From NCBI GenBank assembly GCA_022844165.1, contig JALHMH010000013.1:54045-118044 (forward strand): DNA of 64,000 bases, read 5' to 3'. The stretch is from Lysobacterales bacterium (GTDB lineage: Bacteria > Pseudomonadota > Gammaproteobacteria > Xanthomonadales > SZUA-5). Under the pieces are notes generated by a model, which saw only the letters and a program-made list of their open reading frames with translations, was not told the DNA's origin and did no database searches. The position numbers and the translations under genes were made by a program. Shown here one piece after another: positions 1 through 10,431 of the stretch; the first letter of the stretch is position 1; each line of letters opens with the position of its first letter.

Positions 1-2533
1 AGCCATCATTCGCAGCGATGGCAAAGAAGCCGTCGAAATAGCACTCTACAAGGAAGGAGATGCGAACACGGTGACGGTGGCGGACGGCGTAGAGCGGGCG
101 CTGGAACGGCTCAAGGATCAGATCCCCGCAGGTGCCACGCTGGTCAAGATCGACGACCAGTCTTTGTTCATTCGCAGTTCGATCAAAGAGGTGGTTGAAG
201 CCGCATTGATCGGCGGGCTGCTGTCGATTCTGCTGATTTATCTGTTCCTGGGACAGGCGTGGGCAACCTTCGTGATCGCGTTGTCGCTGCCAGTTTCGAT
301 CATTACGACTTTCTTCTTCATGCTGCAGTTCGATATCAATTTGAACGTGATGTCGCTGGGTGGCATCGCGCTGGCCACCGGCATGGTTGTCGACAACGCC
401 ATTGTCGTGCTCGAGAACATTCGCCGGTTACGCGAAGAGGGATTGAGCGCGCTGGACGCCACGGTGCAAGGCACCAGTCAAGTCGGCATGGCCATCAGCG
501 CCTCGACGTTCACGCATATTGCCGTGTTCTTACCCTTGGTCTTCGTGGAAGGCATCGCTGGCCAGTTGTTTGGCGACCAGGCTTTGACCATCACCTTTGC
601 GATGCTGATCTCGCTGATGGTCGCGATCACACTCATTCCGATGTTGTCTTCGCTCGGCGAACCCGGCGAGCGCGCTGTAAAAATCGAAGAGCCAGCGGCG
701 ACGACAGCACACACGCCACATTGGTTGCTGGCAAACACGCCAGTTGTGAACGATATGCGGCTGCTTTTGTTCCCGCTGTGGCTGCTGCTGTTCGTCCTAC
801 GTTTGATCTTCATGATCGTACGTCGAGTCGCGTTTGCGGTTGCGAAGTTCGCGCACGTACTCTGGCGGCTATTGGCAGCGGTCGCAACTCGTGTGCTGCA
901 GCCGCTGGCCAAAATCACCATGACCGGGTTCGAACGTATCACTCGCGGCTACAACTGGCTGTTACCCTGGTCACTCCGAAATCCGGCAACCGTTCTGGGC
1001 ATCGCGTTGCTCAGTGGCGCTCTGAGCGTAGCGATCGTGCCGCGCCTTGGGCTTGAGCTGATTCCGGAATTTGCGCAGGGCCAGTTGCAGGTCGATATCA
1101 AATTGCCAGTCGGTACGCCGCTCGCTCGTACCGACCAGGTCATCACCGATTTACAAACTCAGGCGCTGACCGTTTCAGGTGTGAAGCAGATCTTCGCAAC
1201 GGCCGGCACCGGTGCGCGACTGGACGCTAACCCAACCGAATCGGGCGAAAACATCGGCAAACTCCTGGTTTCGCTGAACCCAGGCACACCGCGCTCGGCA
1301 GAACCCGGAATTATCGAAGGCTTACGCGCGTTCACTGACCGTCTGCCCGGTTCCGAGACCAAATTCAGCCGCCCGCAGTTGTTTGCTTTCGACACGCCGC
1401 TCGAAGTTGAGATCGTCGGCTACGACTTGGCACAACTGAAAATTGCAAGCGAGCGCATCGCTTCCAAAATGCGCCAAGACCCCATTTTCGCAGACGTCAA
1501 GAACTCGCAAGAACAAGGTGCGCCAGAGCTGCGCGTGTACTTCGATCAAGACAAAATCGCAGCGCTCGGCCTGACCACCCGGCAGGTGGCCGACCAGGTT
1601 GTGCGCAAAGTGCGTGGCGAAGTTGCGACGCGCTTTTCGCTGCGAGATCGGAAAATCGATGTCCTGGTGCGCGCAACCGAAACCGACCGCGATTCTGTCG
1701 AAGCTGTCCGGCGTCTGATCGTTAATCCAACCAGTACCAATCCAGTACCTCTCGATGCCGTTGCGCGCATCGACATTACCCAAGGCCCGGCTGAAATCCG
1801 ACGCAGCGACCAGGAGCGCGTTGCGGTGATTTCTGCAAGTTTGCGTGGCGATTTGGGCAGCGCGGCGCGCGCCGCGCAGGCGATTGTCGATGCCGAAAAC
1901 CTGCCGCCGGGCACTGCGGCCAAAGTTGCTGGCCAAAGTGAAGATCTCGACACTTCCTTTCGTTCTTTGTTGTTGGCCCTGGCACTGGCGGTGTTCATGG
2001 TGTACCTCGTGATGGCCTCACAATTCGAGTCGCTGCTGCATCCGTTCATCATCTTGTTTTCAGTGCCTTTGGCGCTGGTTGGCGCCATTTTGAGCCTTTG
2101 GGTCACGGGCACCGCGCTGTCGATCATCGTCTTCATTGGCCTGATCATGCTGGTCGGCATCGTGGTCAGCAATGCGATCGTACTGATCGACCGAGTAAAC
2201 CAACTGCGAGCGAGCGGGCGCAGCAAACACCAAGCGCTGCTGGAAGGCGGCCGCACGCGATTAAGACCCATCGTGATGACCACACTGACGACCTTAATCG
2301 GGTTCATGCCAATGGCTCTGGGTCTGGGCGATGGCGCGGAGCTGCGGCAGCCGCTGGCGATCACCGTGATCGGCGGGCTGGCATTTTCGACGCTGCTGAC
2401 TCTGGTCGTCATTCCGGTGCTATACGACCAAATCGATCGGCGCGAACACTATCGCCAACCGGCGGCAGTGGCAGGCGCTGTCGAGAATCATCAGAAGTCG
2501 GCTTCGACCGCCGTGAAGCTGCAGGAGTCTTAG
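1..2533 (+). CDS. RND efflux permease (AcrB/AcrD/AcrF family), 5'-truncated by window edge
   Basis: ORF 71..2533 is open upstream to the window edge; RND motifs GMVVDNAIVVLENI, MASQFES, RLRPIVMT; multiple TM helices. Confidence 0.93.
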   Translation, partial: AIIRSDGKEAVEIALYKEGDANTVTVADGVERALERLKDQIPAGATLVKIDDQSLFIRSSIKEVVEAALIGGLLSILLIYLFLGQAWATFVIALSLPVSIITTFFFMLQFDINLNVMSLGGIALATGMVVDNAIVVLENIRRLREEGLSALDATVQGTSQVGMAISASTFTHIAVFLPLVFVEGIAGQLFGDQALTITFAMLISLMVAITLIPMLSSLGEPGERAVKIEEPAATTAHTPHWLLANTPVVNDMRLLLFPLWLLLFVLRLIFMIVRRVAFAVAKFAHVLWRLLAAVATRVLQPLAKITMTGFERITRGYNWLLPWSLRNPATVLGIALLSGALSVAIVPRLGLELIPEFAQGQLQVDIKLPVGTPLARTDQVITDLQTQALTVSGVKQIFATAGTGARLDANPTESGENIGKLLVSLNPGTPRSAEPGIIEGLRAFTDRLPGSETKFSRPQLFAFDTPLEVEIVGYDLAQLKIASERIASKMRQDPIFADVKNSQEQGAPELRVYFDQDKIAALGLTTRQVADQVVRKVRGEVATRFSLRDRKIDVLVRATETDRDSVEAVRRLIVNPTSTNPVPLDAVARIDITQGPAEIRRSDQERVAVISASLRGDLGSAARAAQAIVDAENLPPGTAAKVAGQSEDLDTSFRSLLLALALAVFMVYLVMASQFESLLHPFIILFSVPLALVGAILSLWVTGTALSIIVFIGLIMLVGIVVSNAIVLIDRVNQLRASGRSKHQALLEGGRTRLRPIVMTTLTTLIGFMPMALGLGDGAELRQPLAITVIGGLAFSTLLTLVVIPVLYDQIDRREHYRQPAAVAGAVENHQKSASTAVKLQES

Positions 2534-2535
2534 CC

Positions 2536-5500
2536 ATGACACTCGCCGAGATTGCGCTCAAGCGTCCTGTGACGACGATCATGCTGTTCCTGAGTTGTGT
2601 TGTGTTCGGGATGCTCAGCGCGCGGCTGCTCAAATTGGAGTTTTTCCCTGAGCTGGACGCGCCGTTTATCCTGGTCAGCGTGCCCTACCCCGGCGCAACA
2701 CCGAAGGAGGTGGAGCGCGAAATCGTCCGGCCGCTGGAGGAGTCGCTGGCGACGATTTCTGGCATCGACCGCATGTTTGCCAATGCCGATGAGAATGGCG
2801 CGACCTTTTTCATGATTTTCGACTGGGGCAGAAACCTCAAGGTCAAGTTGAGTGAAGTCCGAGAACGCGTCGACGCCGCACGCAGCGAACTTCCGGACGA
2901 CATCCAACGCATCCAGGTGCTGAAATTCTCGACGAACGATCAGCCGGTTTTGCAAATCCGACTATCCAGCACCACGGGCAATTTGCTGGACGCCTACGAT
3001 TTGTTGGAACGTCGCATCAAAAGGCCGCTGGAGCGGATCCCTGGCGTCGCCTCGGTGGACCTGTCTGGCGTGCAACCTAACGAGGTCCGAATCGATTTGC
3101 TTCCCGAACGCATCGCTTCGCACAGCGTCGACCTCAACAACGTCGCGCAGCGATTGCAGGCCGCTAACTTCTCGACGTCGGCGGGCCTGATCCACGATGG
3201 CGAGTTTCGCTACCGGGTGCAGCCCGTGGGCGAAATTCGCTCACTCGAAGAGTATGGCGCGCTGTTGATCAACGACAACGGCTTGCGTCTGCGCGATGTC
3301 GCCGAGGTGCGTTTCATGCAGCGAGAGGTCGAGTTCAAGCGCATTCTGAACGGCAACTATGCGGTAGGTGTCGATATCCGCCGCGAACGCGGCGCCAATC
3401 TGGTCGACGTTTGCCAGCGCGTCATGGAGGAAGTGCGCAAGATCGAAGCCAGTGGCGCCCTGGCTGGCATCGAGATCTATCTGATTGGAAACCAGGGCGA
3501 AGGCGTGCAGACCTCGCTGCTCGAACTGGTGAACGCTGGTTGGTTGGGCATGCTCTTTTCGCTAGTGGTTCTGTACTTTTTCCTACGCCATTGGCCCAGT
3601 ACCTTGATGGTTTCGCTGTCGGTTCCGATCTGCATCGCGATCAGCCTCGGTGCGATCAATTTCGTGGGACTGACGCTCAACGTACTCACCATGATGGGCC
3701 TGTTGCTCGGTGTTGGCATGCTGGTCGACAACGCAGTCGTGGTCACCGAAAGCATTTTTCAGCAGCGCGAGAAGAATCCCCGGGACCGTGTTGGCACGGC
3801 TATCGAAGGTACGCGCATGGTGCAACTTGCGGTCAGTGCGGGCACGTTGACCAGCATTATTGTGTTCTTGCCCAATGTCTTCGGCAGCACAACCCAAGTC
3901 GGGCTATTTTTGTATTTCGTTGCGGTGCCCTTCTCTATTGCGCTGCTGGCATCCTGGTTCGTTGCCGTCACGATTATCCCCATGCTCGCCGCGCGCATCG
4001 ACCCACCGCGCGGTCTGGAGCGCGTTGCGATCGTCGAACGTTGGAAAGATCGGTATGAACAGATTTTGCATTGGACGCTGGCGCATCGCGGCATCACGCT
4101 GTCGCTCATCGTCTTGTTGTTTGCGAGCATCGCGTTGCCGTTGAACCAGGTGAAAACCGACTTTTTCGGCGGCGACGAGGATCGCGACTTTGAGATCGGC
4201 TATGAATTGAATGGCCGTTATAGCCTGGACCAGCTGGAAACCGCAGCGCGCGAAGTGGAAGCCTACCTGTTAGCGAACAAAGAGAAGTTCGAAATCGAAT
4301 CGGTATACAGCTGGATTTCGCGCGACCAGGGTATGCAAACCCGATTGCAGATTGTTGCGGGCGACGAAGCAAAACGCTCTGCCAAAGAGCTTCAAGACAT
4401 GGTGCGCGAGGGTATGCCGAAGCTCGCCATCGGCGAAGCCATCGTCGGGCTGGACAACGATGGTCCACCTGGGGCGGGCAGCGGCGGCGGTGGCGGTGAG
4501 GCGTTGACGATCAATGTCACCGGGGACTCCACTGAAGTCTTGATTGAACTGGCGAACGAGATTCAGCGCCTGCTGGACAAACGCGACGAGTTCGTCGAAG
4601 TGCGCGTCGACAATGCCCAGGAACAGCAGGAGATCCAGGTACGCGTCGACCGCGAGCGCGCCGCCAGCCTTGGATTCGAGCCTTCGCAAATCGCACGGCT
4701 GATTCAGGTCGCGATGCGCGGCACACCGTTGCGCGAGTTCCGCCAGGGCGACACGGAAGTTCCGGTGTGGCTGCGGTTCAAGGACGCTCAGAAGCTGTCT
4801 CTGGACGATCTGAAAGAGATACGCCTGACGCGTCCGGACGGCGCCAGCATCCCATTATCGGCGGTGGTGGACATCGATATGGCGCCAGAAGCGACTTTGA
4901 TCAGCCGGCAGGATCGCAGCACCAATCGTTCGATTCGGCTGGAACTGGAAAAAGACGGCGATATGGAAAAGGCCCGGCAAGCCATCGAGTCGACCTTGAA
5001 GGATTTTCCGTTTCCCGCCGGGTATGGCTACAACCTTGGTGCGCGATTCGAGGATGAACAAAAGGCGGCGCAGGAGATGGTGTTCCTGTTGGTTCTATCG
5101 ATTGTGCTGATTTATATGCTGATGGCCGCATTGTTCGAATCGCTCCTGTACCCGCTGGCTGTCATGGTGTCTATCCCCATGGCCGTGGTGGGTGTGTATT
5201 GGACGTTTCTGATCTGGCCGACCACGTTTTCGGTGATGGCCTTTATCGGCATCATGATCTTGGTGGGCGTGGTGGTGAACAACGGCATTGTGCTGGTCGA
5301 GCACGTCAACACGCTTCGCCGCCAGGGATTCGACAGGACCACCGCGCTGACGCTGGGCGGCAAAGAGCGTCTGCGCCCGATTTTGATCACCACGGGAACA
5401 ACGGTGTTGGGATTGCTGCCGCTTTGTATCAGCGATGTAGGCATTGGCAGCAACGGCCCACCCTACTATCCGATGGCACGCGCGATTGCGGGCGGCCTGG

Positions 5501-5637
5501 TTTTTTCGACTTTCATCACGCTCCTGGTGCTGCCGACGGTGTATGCAACACTTGAGGATGTTTCGAATAACCTTGGAAAACACTGGCGTGCCGCAGGGCG
5601 TCAAACAAAGACTCTCACCAAAGTCGCTACTTCTTGA
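2536..5637 (+). CDS. Second RND efflux permease subunit (AcrB/AcrD/AcrF family)
   Basis: ATG at 2536, 2 nt after upstream stop (MTLAEIALKRPVTT); motifs FFPELDAP, GMLVDNAVVV, RLRPILIT. Confidence 0.93.
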   Translation: MTLAEIALKRPVTTIMLFLSCVVFGMLSARLLKLEFFPELDAPFILVSVPYPGATPKEVEREIVRPLEESLATISGIDRMFANADENGATFFMIFDWGRNLKVKLSEVRERVDAARSELPDDIQRIQVLKFSTNDQPVLQIRLSSTTGNLLDAYDLLERRIKRPLERIPGVASVDLSGVQPNEVRIDLLPERIASHSVDLNNVAQRLQAANFSTSAGLIHDGEFRYRVQPVGEIRSLEEYGALLINDNGLRLRDVAEVRFMQREVEFKRILNGNYAVGVDIRRERGANLVDVCQRVMEEVRKIEASGALAGIEIYLIGNQGEGVQTSLLELVNAGWLGMLFSLVVLYFFLRHWPSTLMVSLSVPICIAISLGAINFVGLTLNVLTMMGLLLGVGMLVDNAVVVTESIFQQREKNPRDRVGTAIEGTRMVQLAVSAGTLTSIIVFLPNVFGSTTQVGLFLYFVAVPFSIALLASWFVAVTIIPMLAARIDPPRGLERVAIVERWKDRYEQILHWTLAHRGITLSLIVLLFASIALPLNQVKTDFFGGDEDRDFEIGYELNGRYSLDQLETAAREVEAYLLANKEKFEIESVYSWISRDQGMQTRLQIVAGDEAKRSAKELQDMVREGMPKLAIGEAIVGLDNDGPPGAGSGGGGGEALTINVTGDSTEVLIELANEIQRLLDKRDEFVEVRVDNAQEQQEIQVRVDRERAASLGFEPSQIARLIQVAMRGTPLREFRQGDTEVPVWLRFKDAQKLSLDDLKEIRLTRPDGASIPLSAVVDIDMAPEATLISRQDRSTNRSIRLELEKDGDMEKARQAIESTLKDFPFPAGYGYNLGARFEDEQKAAQEMVFLLVLSIVLIYMLMAALFESLLYPLAVMVSIPMAVVGVYWTFLIWPTTFSVMAFIGIMILVGVVVNNGIVLVEHVNTLRRQGFDRTTALTLGGKERLRPILITTGTTVLGLLPLCISDVGIGSNGPPYYPMARAIAGGLVFSTFITLLVLPTVYATLEDVSNNLGKHWRAAGRQTKTLTKVATS

Positions 5638-5986
5638 TCAACCCAGCCAGCGCGGCGAACGGATTGTGCGTCGCCGCCACCGGCACATTGACGCCGGTGA
5701 GGCTGCCGTGATCGTGATCGAGGTATCGCTGGTGCTCGTTGTCGTGGCAATAAAGGCATAACAGCTCCCAGTTGCTGCCATCGCTGGGGTTGTCGTCGTG
5801 GTTGTGGTTACGGTGATGCACCGTCAACTCGGCAACATTCGCGCGGGTGAAACTGCGTGCACACCGCCCGCATACCCACGGATACATCTTTAGCGCCTGT
5901 TCGCGGTACCCGTGACCACGCATTTCTGAGGCGCGCCTGCTGGCGGCTACAATGGCATCGAGCTTGTTGTTATCGATCGATTTCAT
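5627..5986 (-). CDS. YajD-family HNH nuclease
   Basis: GYREQALKMYPWVCGRC...LTVHHRNHNHDDNPSDGSNWELLCLYCHDNEH is typical of YajD; ATG at 5986. Confidence 0.88.
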   Translation of the reverse strand: MKSIDNNKLDAIVAASRRASEMRGHGYREQALKMYPWVCGRCARSFTRANVAELTVHHRNHNHDDNPSDGSNWELLCLYCHDNEHQRYLDHDHGSLTGVNVPVAATHNPFAALAGLIKK

Positions 5987-6052
5987 GCGGCGATTGTACC
6001 TGTGCGCGATCTTTATGCAACGGCGCCCGCCGATGCCGCTATTCTCCCGCAC

Positions 6053-7219
6053 ATGAATACCCCTGCCCTGCCGCTCGTGCGGCTCAAGACTGAACGGCGC
6101 TCGAACCATCCCTGGATTTTCCAGAAGATGGTCGAGAAGCCAGATCCAAAACCCAAGCCCGGTTCGATCGTCGACATCGAAGACCGCACCGGTGCCTTTG
6201 TTGGCCGCGGCTTCTACAACGGGCACTCACGCATCGCCCTGCGTGTTCTCACTCCGCACAACGAAGCCGTCGACCAGGCGTTTTTTGAACGCCGCATCGT
6301 ACACGCGATCGGATTGCGCCTGGATGTGCTTAAGCTCGATCAAATCACTGATGCGTATCGCTTGATCCACTCCGAAGGCGACGATTTAAGCGGCCTCGTG
6401 GTCGATCGTTTCGCCGACACGTTGATCATCGAGTACTTCAGTGCCGGCATGTGGCGCATCCGCGACCAGATCCGACGCGCGCTGGTCGCGCAATTCCCGG
6501 AGGCAAAACTGTATTGGTTTGCCGAGGAGCACGTGGCGAAACAAGAGAGCTTTGACTGTTCCACACCAGATCCACCGGCGCCCACGCAAATTATCGAGCA
6601 CGGGCTGAAGTTCAAAGTCGCACCAGGCCTCAAACACAAGACCGGATTTTTTGCCGATCAACGCGACAACCGGCGCTCGCTCGGCAGTTTTTCGCCTGGG
6701 AAACGCGTGCTGGACCTGTGCTGCAACTCGGGTGGGTTTGCGATTTACGCCAAAGCTGCGGGTGCCGACGAGGTCATCGCGATCGACCTCGATGAAGAAG
6801 TGCTGGAGATCGCGCAAGCGAATGCCAAACTCAACCGCACGCCGGTCAAGTTCAAACAGGCCGACATTTTCCATTGGCTGCGCGATGCGGCAATCAATCG
6901 CGAGCAGTTCGATGTGGTTGTGCTCGATCCGGCGAAAATGACGCGCGATCGCGAACAGGTGATCCCCGCGCTAAAGAAGTATCTGGACATGAACAAGCTG
7001 GCGATGGGCGTCACCAAACCCGGCGGCATCCTGCTGACATGCTCATGCACGGGACTGGTGTCCGAGGAGCAGTTCCTGGACATGATCCGCCGCGCCGCGT
7101 TTTATGCCAACCGCAGCGTACAGATCCTCGATGTTCGCGGCGCGGGAGCCGATCATCCGTGGCTGGCGCACGTCCCCGAATCACGGTACTTAAAGGCCGT
7201 GTTTTGCCGTGTCATGTGA
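6053..7219 (+). CDS. rlmI: 23S rRNA m5C1962 methyltransferase (RlmI family)
   Basis: HPWIF PUA start, SEGDDLSGLVVDRF, KTGFFADQRDNR, VLDLCCNSGGF, VVLDP, YLK. Confidence 0.85.
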   Translation: MNTPALPLVRLKTERRSNHPWIFQKMVEKPDPKPKPGSIVDIEDRTGAFVGRGFYNGHSRIALRVLTPHNEAVDQAFFERRIVHAIGLRLDVLKLDQITDAYRLIHSEGDDLSGLVVDRFADTLIIEYFSAGMWRIRDQIRRALVAQFPEAKLYWFAEEHVAKQESFDCSTPDPPAPTQIIEHGLKFKVAPGLKHKTGFFADQRDNRRSLGSFSPGKRVLDLCCNSGGFAIYAKAAGADEVIAIDLDEEVLEIAQANAKLNRTPVKFKQADIFHWLRDAAINREQFDVVVLDPAKMTRDREQVIPALKKYLDMNKLAMGVTKPGGILLTCSCTGLVSEEQFLDMIRRAAFYANRSVQILDVRGAGADHPWLAHVPESRYLKAVFCRVM

Positions 7220-7388
7220 TGCGCTCGGCGATTGCGCTGCGCCTGCTCCGACATTAGACCTGGAACCCTCAGTTGGACGGGCGCTCATTGGGACAAAGCG
7301 CAATGAGAAGGAATAGCGGTCAACTGAAGTTGTCAGTTTTAAATACCGCCGACAAAAGCACACTTTCGACTTTGACCAAACGGCACAA

Positions 7389-8687
7389 ATGACCATCAGC
7401 GCTACGAACACCACCAACCATCAAGCGTTTCTCGCCGCGCAGGCGGTCACCCCCGGCGGCGTCAATTCACCAGTGCGGGCCTTCAAACAGGTTGGCGGCG
7501 AGCCCTTCTTTGTTGCCCGCGCGCAAGGACCGTATCTGTGGGATGTCGAAGGAAAGCGTTACATCGACTACATTGGCTCTTGGGGCCCGATGATTGCCGG
7601 GCATGCGCATCCGGCGGTGATTGAGGCTGTGCAGCGCACTGCGATCAACGGCTTGAGCTATGGCTGCCCGAATCCGCTCGAAACCGAACTGGCAGCGGAG
7701 ATCATCAGGCTGGTCCCCGCCGTTGATCTGGTCCGTTTCGTTTCCTCAGGCACCGAAGCGTGCCTTTCGGCGATCCGACTTGCGCGTGGTTACACTCGCC
7801 GCAACCGCATCCTGAAGTTCGCCGGTTGTTACCATGGACATGCAGACTCGTTTCTGGTCAAAGCTGGCAGCGGCGTCCTCACCCTCGGGCTGCCCAATTC
7901 GCCTGGCGTTCCGAGTGCGCTGGCGGACTTGACGATCACAGCTGAGTTCAACGATCTCGATCAGGTACGCGATGTTTTTGCGCAGGTCGGAAGCGATATC
8001 GCCGCGGTGATCGTAGAACCAATTGCAGGCAACATGAACATGATTGCCCCCTCACCCGGTTTCCTTGAGGGCTTGCGCGAGCTTTGCGACGCCCACGGCA
8101 GCCTGTTGATTTTCGACGAAGTGATGACCGGGTTCCGCGTTGCGCTGGGTGGCGCACAAGCGCTGTATGGCATTGTCCCCGACTTGACGACGTTCGGCAA
8201 AGTCATCGGTGCGGGCATGCCGGTTGGCGCTTACGGCGGCAAGCGCGCCGTCATGGAGAACATCGCGCCGCTTGGCCCGGTCTATCAGGCGGGCACGCTG
8301 TCCGGTAATCCAGTGGCGATGGCAGCTGGTCTCGCCAACCTCTCGCTGATTCAGGCGCCAGGTTTTTACGAGGCTCTGGGCGCCCGAACGCTGGAGCTAT
8401 GCACAGGCCTTAGGAACGCGGCTCACGCTGCCGGAATTCCGTTGCAGACTGTCGCCATCGGCGGCATGTTCGGGTTCTTTTTTGCGGATGCCCCCGTGAC
8501 GTCGTTTGCCGATGCGCAGCGTTGCGATATCGAGCGCTTCAAGCGCTTCTTCCATGCCTGCCTCGAGCGCGGTGTGTATTTCGCGCCAAGCGCGTACGAG
8601 GCAGGGTTCACATCAATGGCCCACGACGCGGCGGTCATTGAAACAACGCTTCAAGTTGCCCGCGAAGCGTTCGCCGCCGTTGCGTAA
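7389..8687 (+). CDS. hemL: Glutamate-1-semialdehyde 2,1-aminomutase
   Basis: [49 protein letters not shown]. Confidence 0.97.
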   Translation: MTISATNTTNHQAFLAAQAVTPGGVNSPVRAFKQVGGEPFFVARAQGPYLWDVEGKRYIDYIGSWGPMIAGHAHPAVIEAVQRTAINGLSYGCPNPLETELAAEIIRLVPAVDLVRFVSSGTEACLSAIRLARGYTRRNRILKFAGCYHGHADSFLVKAGSGVLTLGLPNSPGVPSALADLTITAEFNDLDQVRDVFAQVGSDIAAVIVEPIAGNMNMIAPSPGFLEGLRELCDAHGSLLIFDEVMTGFRVALGGAQALYGIVPDLTTFGKVIGAGMPVGAYGGKRAVMENIAPLGPVYQAGTLSGNPVAMAAGLANLSLIQAPGFYEALGARTLELCTGLRNAAHAAGIPLQTVAIGGMFGFFFADAPVTSFADAQRCDIERFKRFFHACLERGVYFAPSAYEAGFTSMAHDAAVIETTLQVAREAFAAVA

Positions 8688-9462
8688 CGATGTTCGACCG
8701 TTGATCTTTGGCGCCTCGTCTGCGATCGGGGCCTCGCTGTTGCCGCAGTTTGCCAGCTACACCGCTGTATCGCGATTCACGCAGCGCGACCCTCGCTGGT
8801 GGTTGAGCGGCCTCGAAGTCGCGCCCGCTGCACCCGCAGCAACGACACACATCTTGAGTCTCGGACCGTTGGACGCCTTCGCCGCATGGTTGTCGCGACA
8901 CCCGTTGCCAAGCTCGGTGCGGCAGATCATTGCCATGAGCTCTACCAGCGCGCAGACCAAAATCGCAAGCAGCGCAAGCGGCGAGGCCCAGATTGCGCAA
9001 CGCCTTGTCGATAGCGAGACGCGGGTGCGCCACCGGAGTGCAGAGTTCGGCATTGCGTCAACGCTGCTGCGCGCATCCATGCTCTATGGCGGAGAACAGC
9101 ATCTGGTAGCGCGAATCCAGCGCATGGTTCGACGCTTCTATACATACCCATTTCTCATTGGACCAGGCGCCAGCGCGCTACGCCAGCCCGTACATGTTGC
9201 CGATATCGCGTCCGCCGTTTTGTTGTGCATAGATCAACCACAGGCTTTCGACCGTCAGCTTGTCGTTGCGGGCGCCGAGAGGCTCTCGCTACGCGAGCTG
9301 ATTATCCGCAGCGCGCGAGCTACGCAACGGCTTGCGATACCCATTCCCACACCAACTCATTTGATCGGTCGGATCTCGTTGGAACGCCTTGCCCAGGATC
9401 AGGTGTTCGACGTCGGAACAGCCAGAGATCTGGGCTTCACACCGCGGTGTTTTTTGCCGTAG
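8680..9462 (+). CDS. NAD-dependent epimerase/dehydratase-like (atypical SDR) protein
   Basis: [10 protein letters not shown] Rossmann start, [19 protein letters not shown]; probable TTG start overlapping the hemL stop (start uncertain). Confidence 0.7.
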   Translation: MRNDVRPLIFGASSAIGASLLPQFASYTAVSRFTQRDPRWWLSGLEVAPAAPAATTHILSLGPLDAFAAWLSRHPLPSSVRQIIAMSSTSAQTKIASSASGEAQIAQRLVDSETRVRHRSAEFGIASTLLRASMLYGGEQHLVARIQRMVRRFYTYPFLIGPGASALRQPVHVADIASAVLLCIDQPQAFDRQLVVAGAERLSLRELIIRSARATQRLAIPIPTPTHLIGRISLERLAQDQVFDVGTARDLGFTPRCFLP

Positions 9463-9474
9463 GCCTTGCCCGGA

Positions 9475-9936
9475 TCAACGTTTCTGCTTTTCTTCTGGCC
9501 CAAGTATCTCCAGGATGTCAGTCCATTGACGCGGTGCTTGCGAATACGGCAGCTGCAGCTGACGCACCCGCATTTCCAGAATGGCGTTTGAGCTGTCGAC
9601 CATGGCGCGTCTATGCAAGCCGGACCGCACGAACGCATTCCGATCGGCGCTGCTTCGCCAAACGGTGTAGGTCCAAACCTGATCACCCCAGATCTCCCGA
9701 CGCAATGAATGACCCACGATACCCGGCTGGTCGTCCATCACCCTCCGGAGCTTGTCGACATAGTTGTCGAAAGCCTGCCGATGGTCCGGGTCCAATCTCG
9801 CGTGAGTGATCGAAACTTCAACCAATTCCTCGTTCGCCAGCGGTTTCCACTGCATCGGCGTGGAGAAGGCACACCCGGCGCTCCACGCGCAGAGACTCGT
9901 CATGACCGCAGCACCAATCAAACGTATCGAAACCAT
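9475..9936 (-). CDS. Exported DUF3291/ABM-like (dimeric alpha-beta barrel) protein
   Basis: Signal peptide with possible lipobox (SAGC); QPGIVGHSLR...WTYTVWRS...AFVRSGLHRRAM resembles ABM/DUF3291. Confidence 0.6.
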   Translation of the reverse strand: MVSIRLIGAAVMTSLCAWSAGCAFSTPMQWKPLANEELVEVSITHARLDPDHRQAFDNYVDKLRRVMDDQPGIVGHSLRREIWGDQVWTYTVWRSSADRNAFVRSGLHRRAMVDSSNAILEMRVRQLQLPYSQAPRQWTDILEILGPEEKQKR

Positions 9937-9949
9937 GGAATACCTCTCA

Positions 9950-9995
9950 GTTGACAGTGTCAACAGTATCAGGGTCTAATGTAGACACTGTCAAC
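9950..9995. promoter_or_regulatory. Twin palindromic operators overlapping divergent sigma70-like promoters (probable TetR sites)
   Basis: GTTGACAGTGTCAAC (9950-9964) and GTAGACACTGTCAAC (9981-9995); plus strand TTGACA-18-TCTAAT; minus strand TTGACA-18-GATACT. Confidence 0.75.
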
Positions 9996-10011
9996 AACGT
10001 CGAGCAAAGAA

Positions 10012-10431
10012 ATGAGGAAATCGCTGGCGGTTTTTGTAGTGTGTTGTTTGGCGTCGCACGCTTCGGGCGAGACCATAACCGTCGATGTTCAAGGCATATC
10101 CAATCCAACCGGCACTATCCGCTGCGGGCTGTTCGAATCGCCCGCTGGATTCCCGGACGAGCCGACCCAAGATCGCGTCATCGTGATTCCTGCGTCGCGC
10201 GACCAGAATTTCTGCAGGTTCGAAGCCGTTTCGAGCGGTCGTGTTGCTCTCGCCATCAGCCACGATGCGAACAACAATGGCGAACTCGACAAGAACTTCT
10301 TGGGCATGCCAAAGGAATCCTGGGGCGTGTCCCGTGGCGCGAGGCCGTCGTTAAGACCACCGCGCTTCGACGAGGCAGCACTGGATTACGACGGTAAGCC
10401 TCTCGAGATCATCGTGGAGATCGACCGATGA
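10012..10431 (+). CDS. DUF2141 domain secreted protein
   Basis: Signal peptide; HDANNNGELDKNFLGMPKESWGVS...PPRFDEA is the DUF2141 signature. Confidence 0.88.
   Translation: MRKSLAVFVVCCLASHASGETITVDVQGISNPTGTIRCGLFESPAGFPDEPTQDRVIVIPASRDQNFCRFEAVSSGRVALAISHDANNNGELDKNFLGMPKESWGVSRGARPSLRPPRFDEAALDYDGKPLEIIVEIDR

Noticed and set aside
1-5637. Two tandem RND permeases with DN instead of DD in TM4 as novel
   Set aside because: Heteromeric two-permease RND systems with the VDNAIVV motif are common
5627-5986. HNH nuclease as a defence or toxin gene
   Set aside because: It matches the widespread conserved YajD family and has no immunity or defence neighbours
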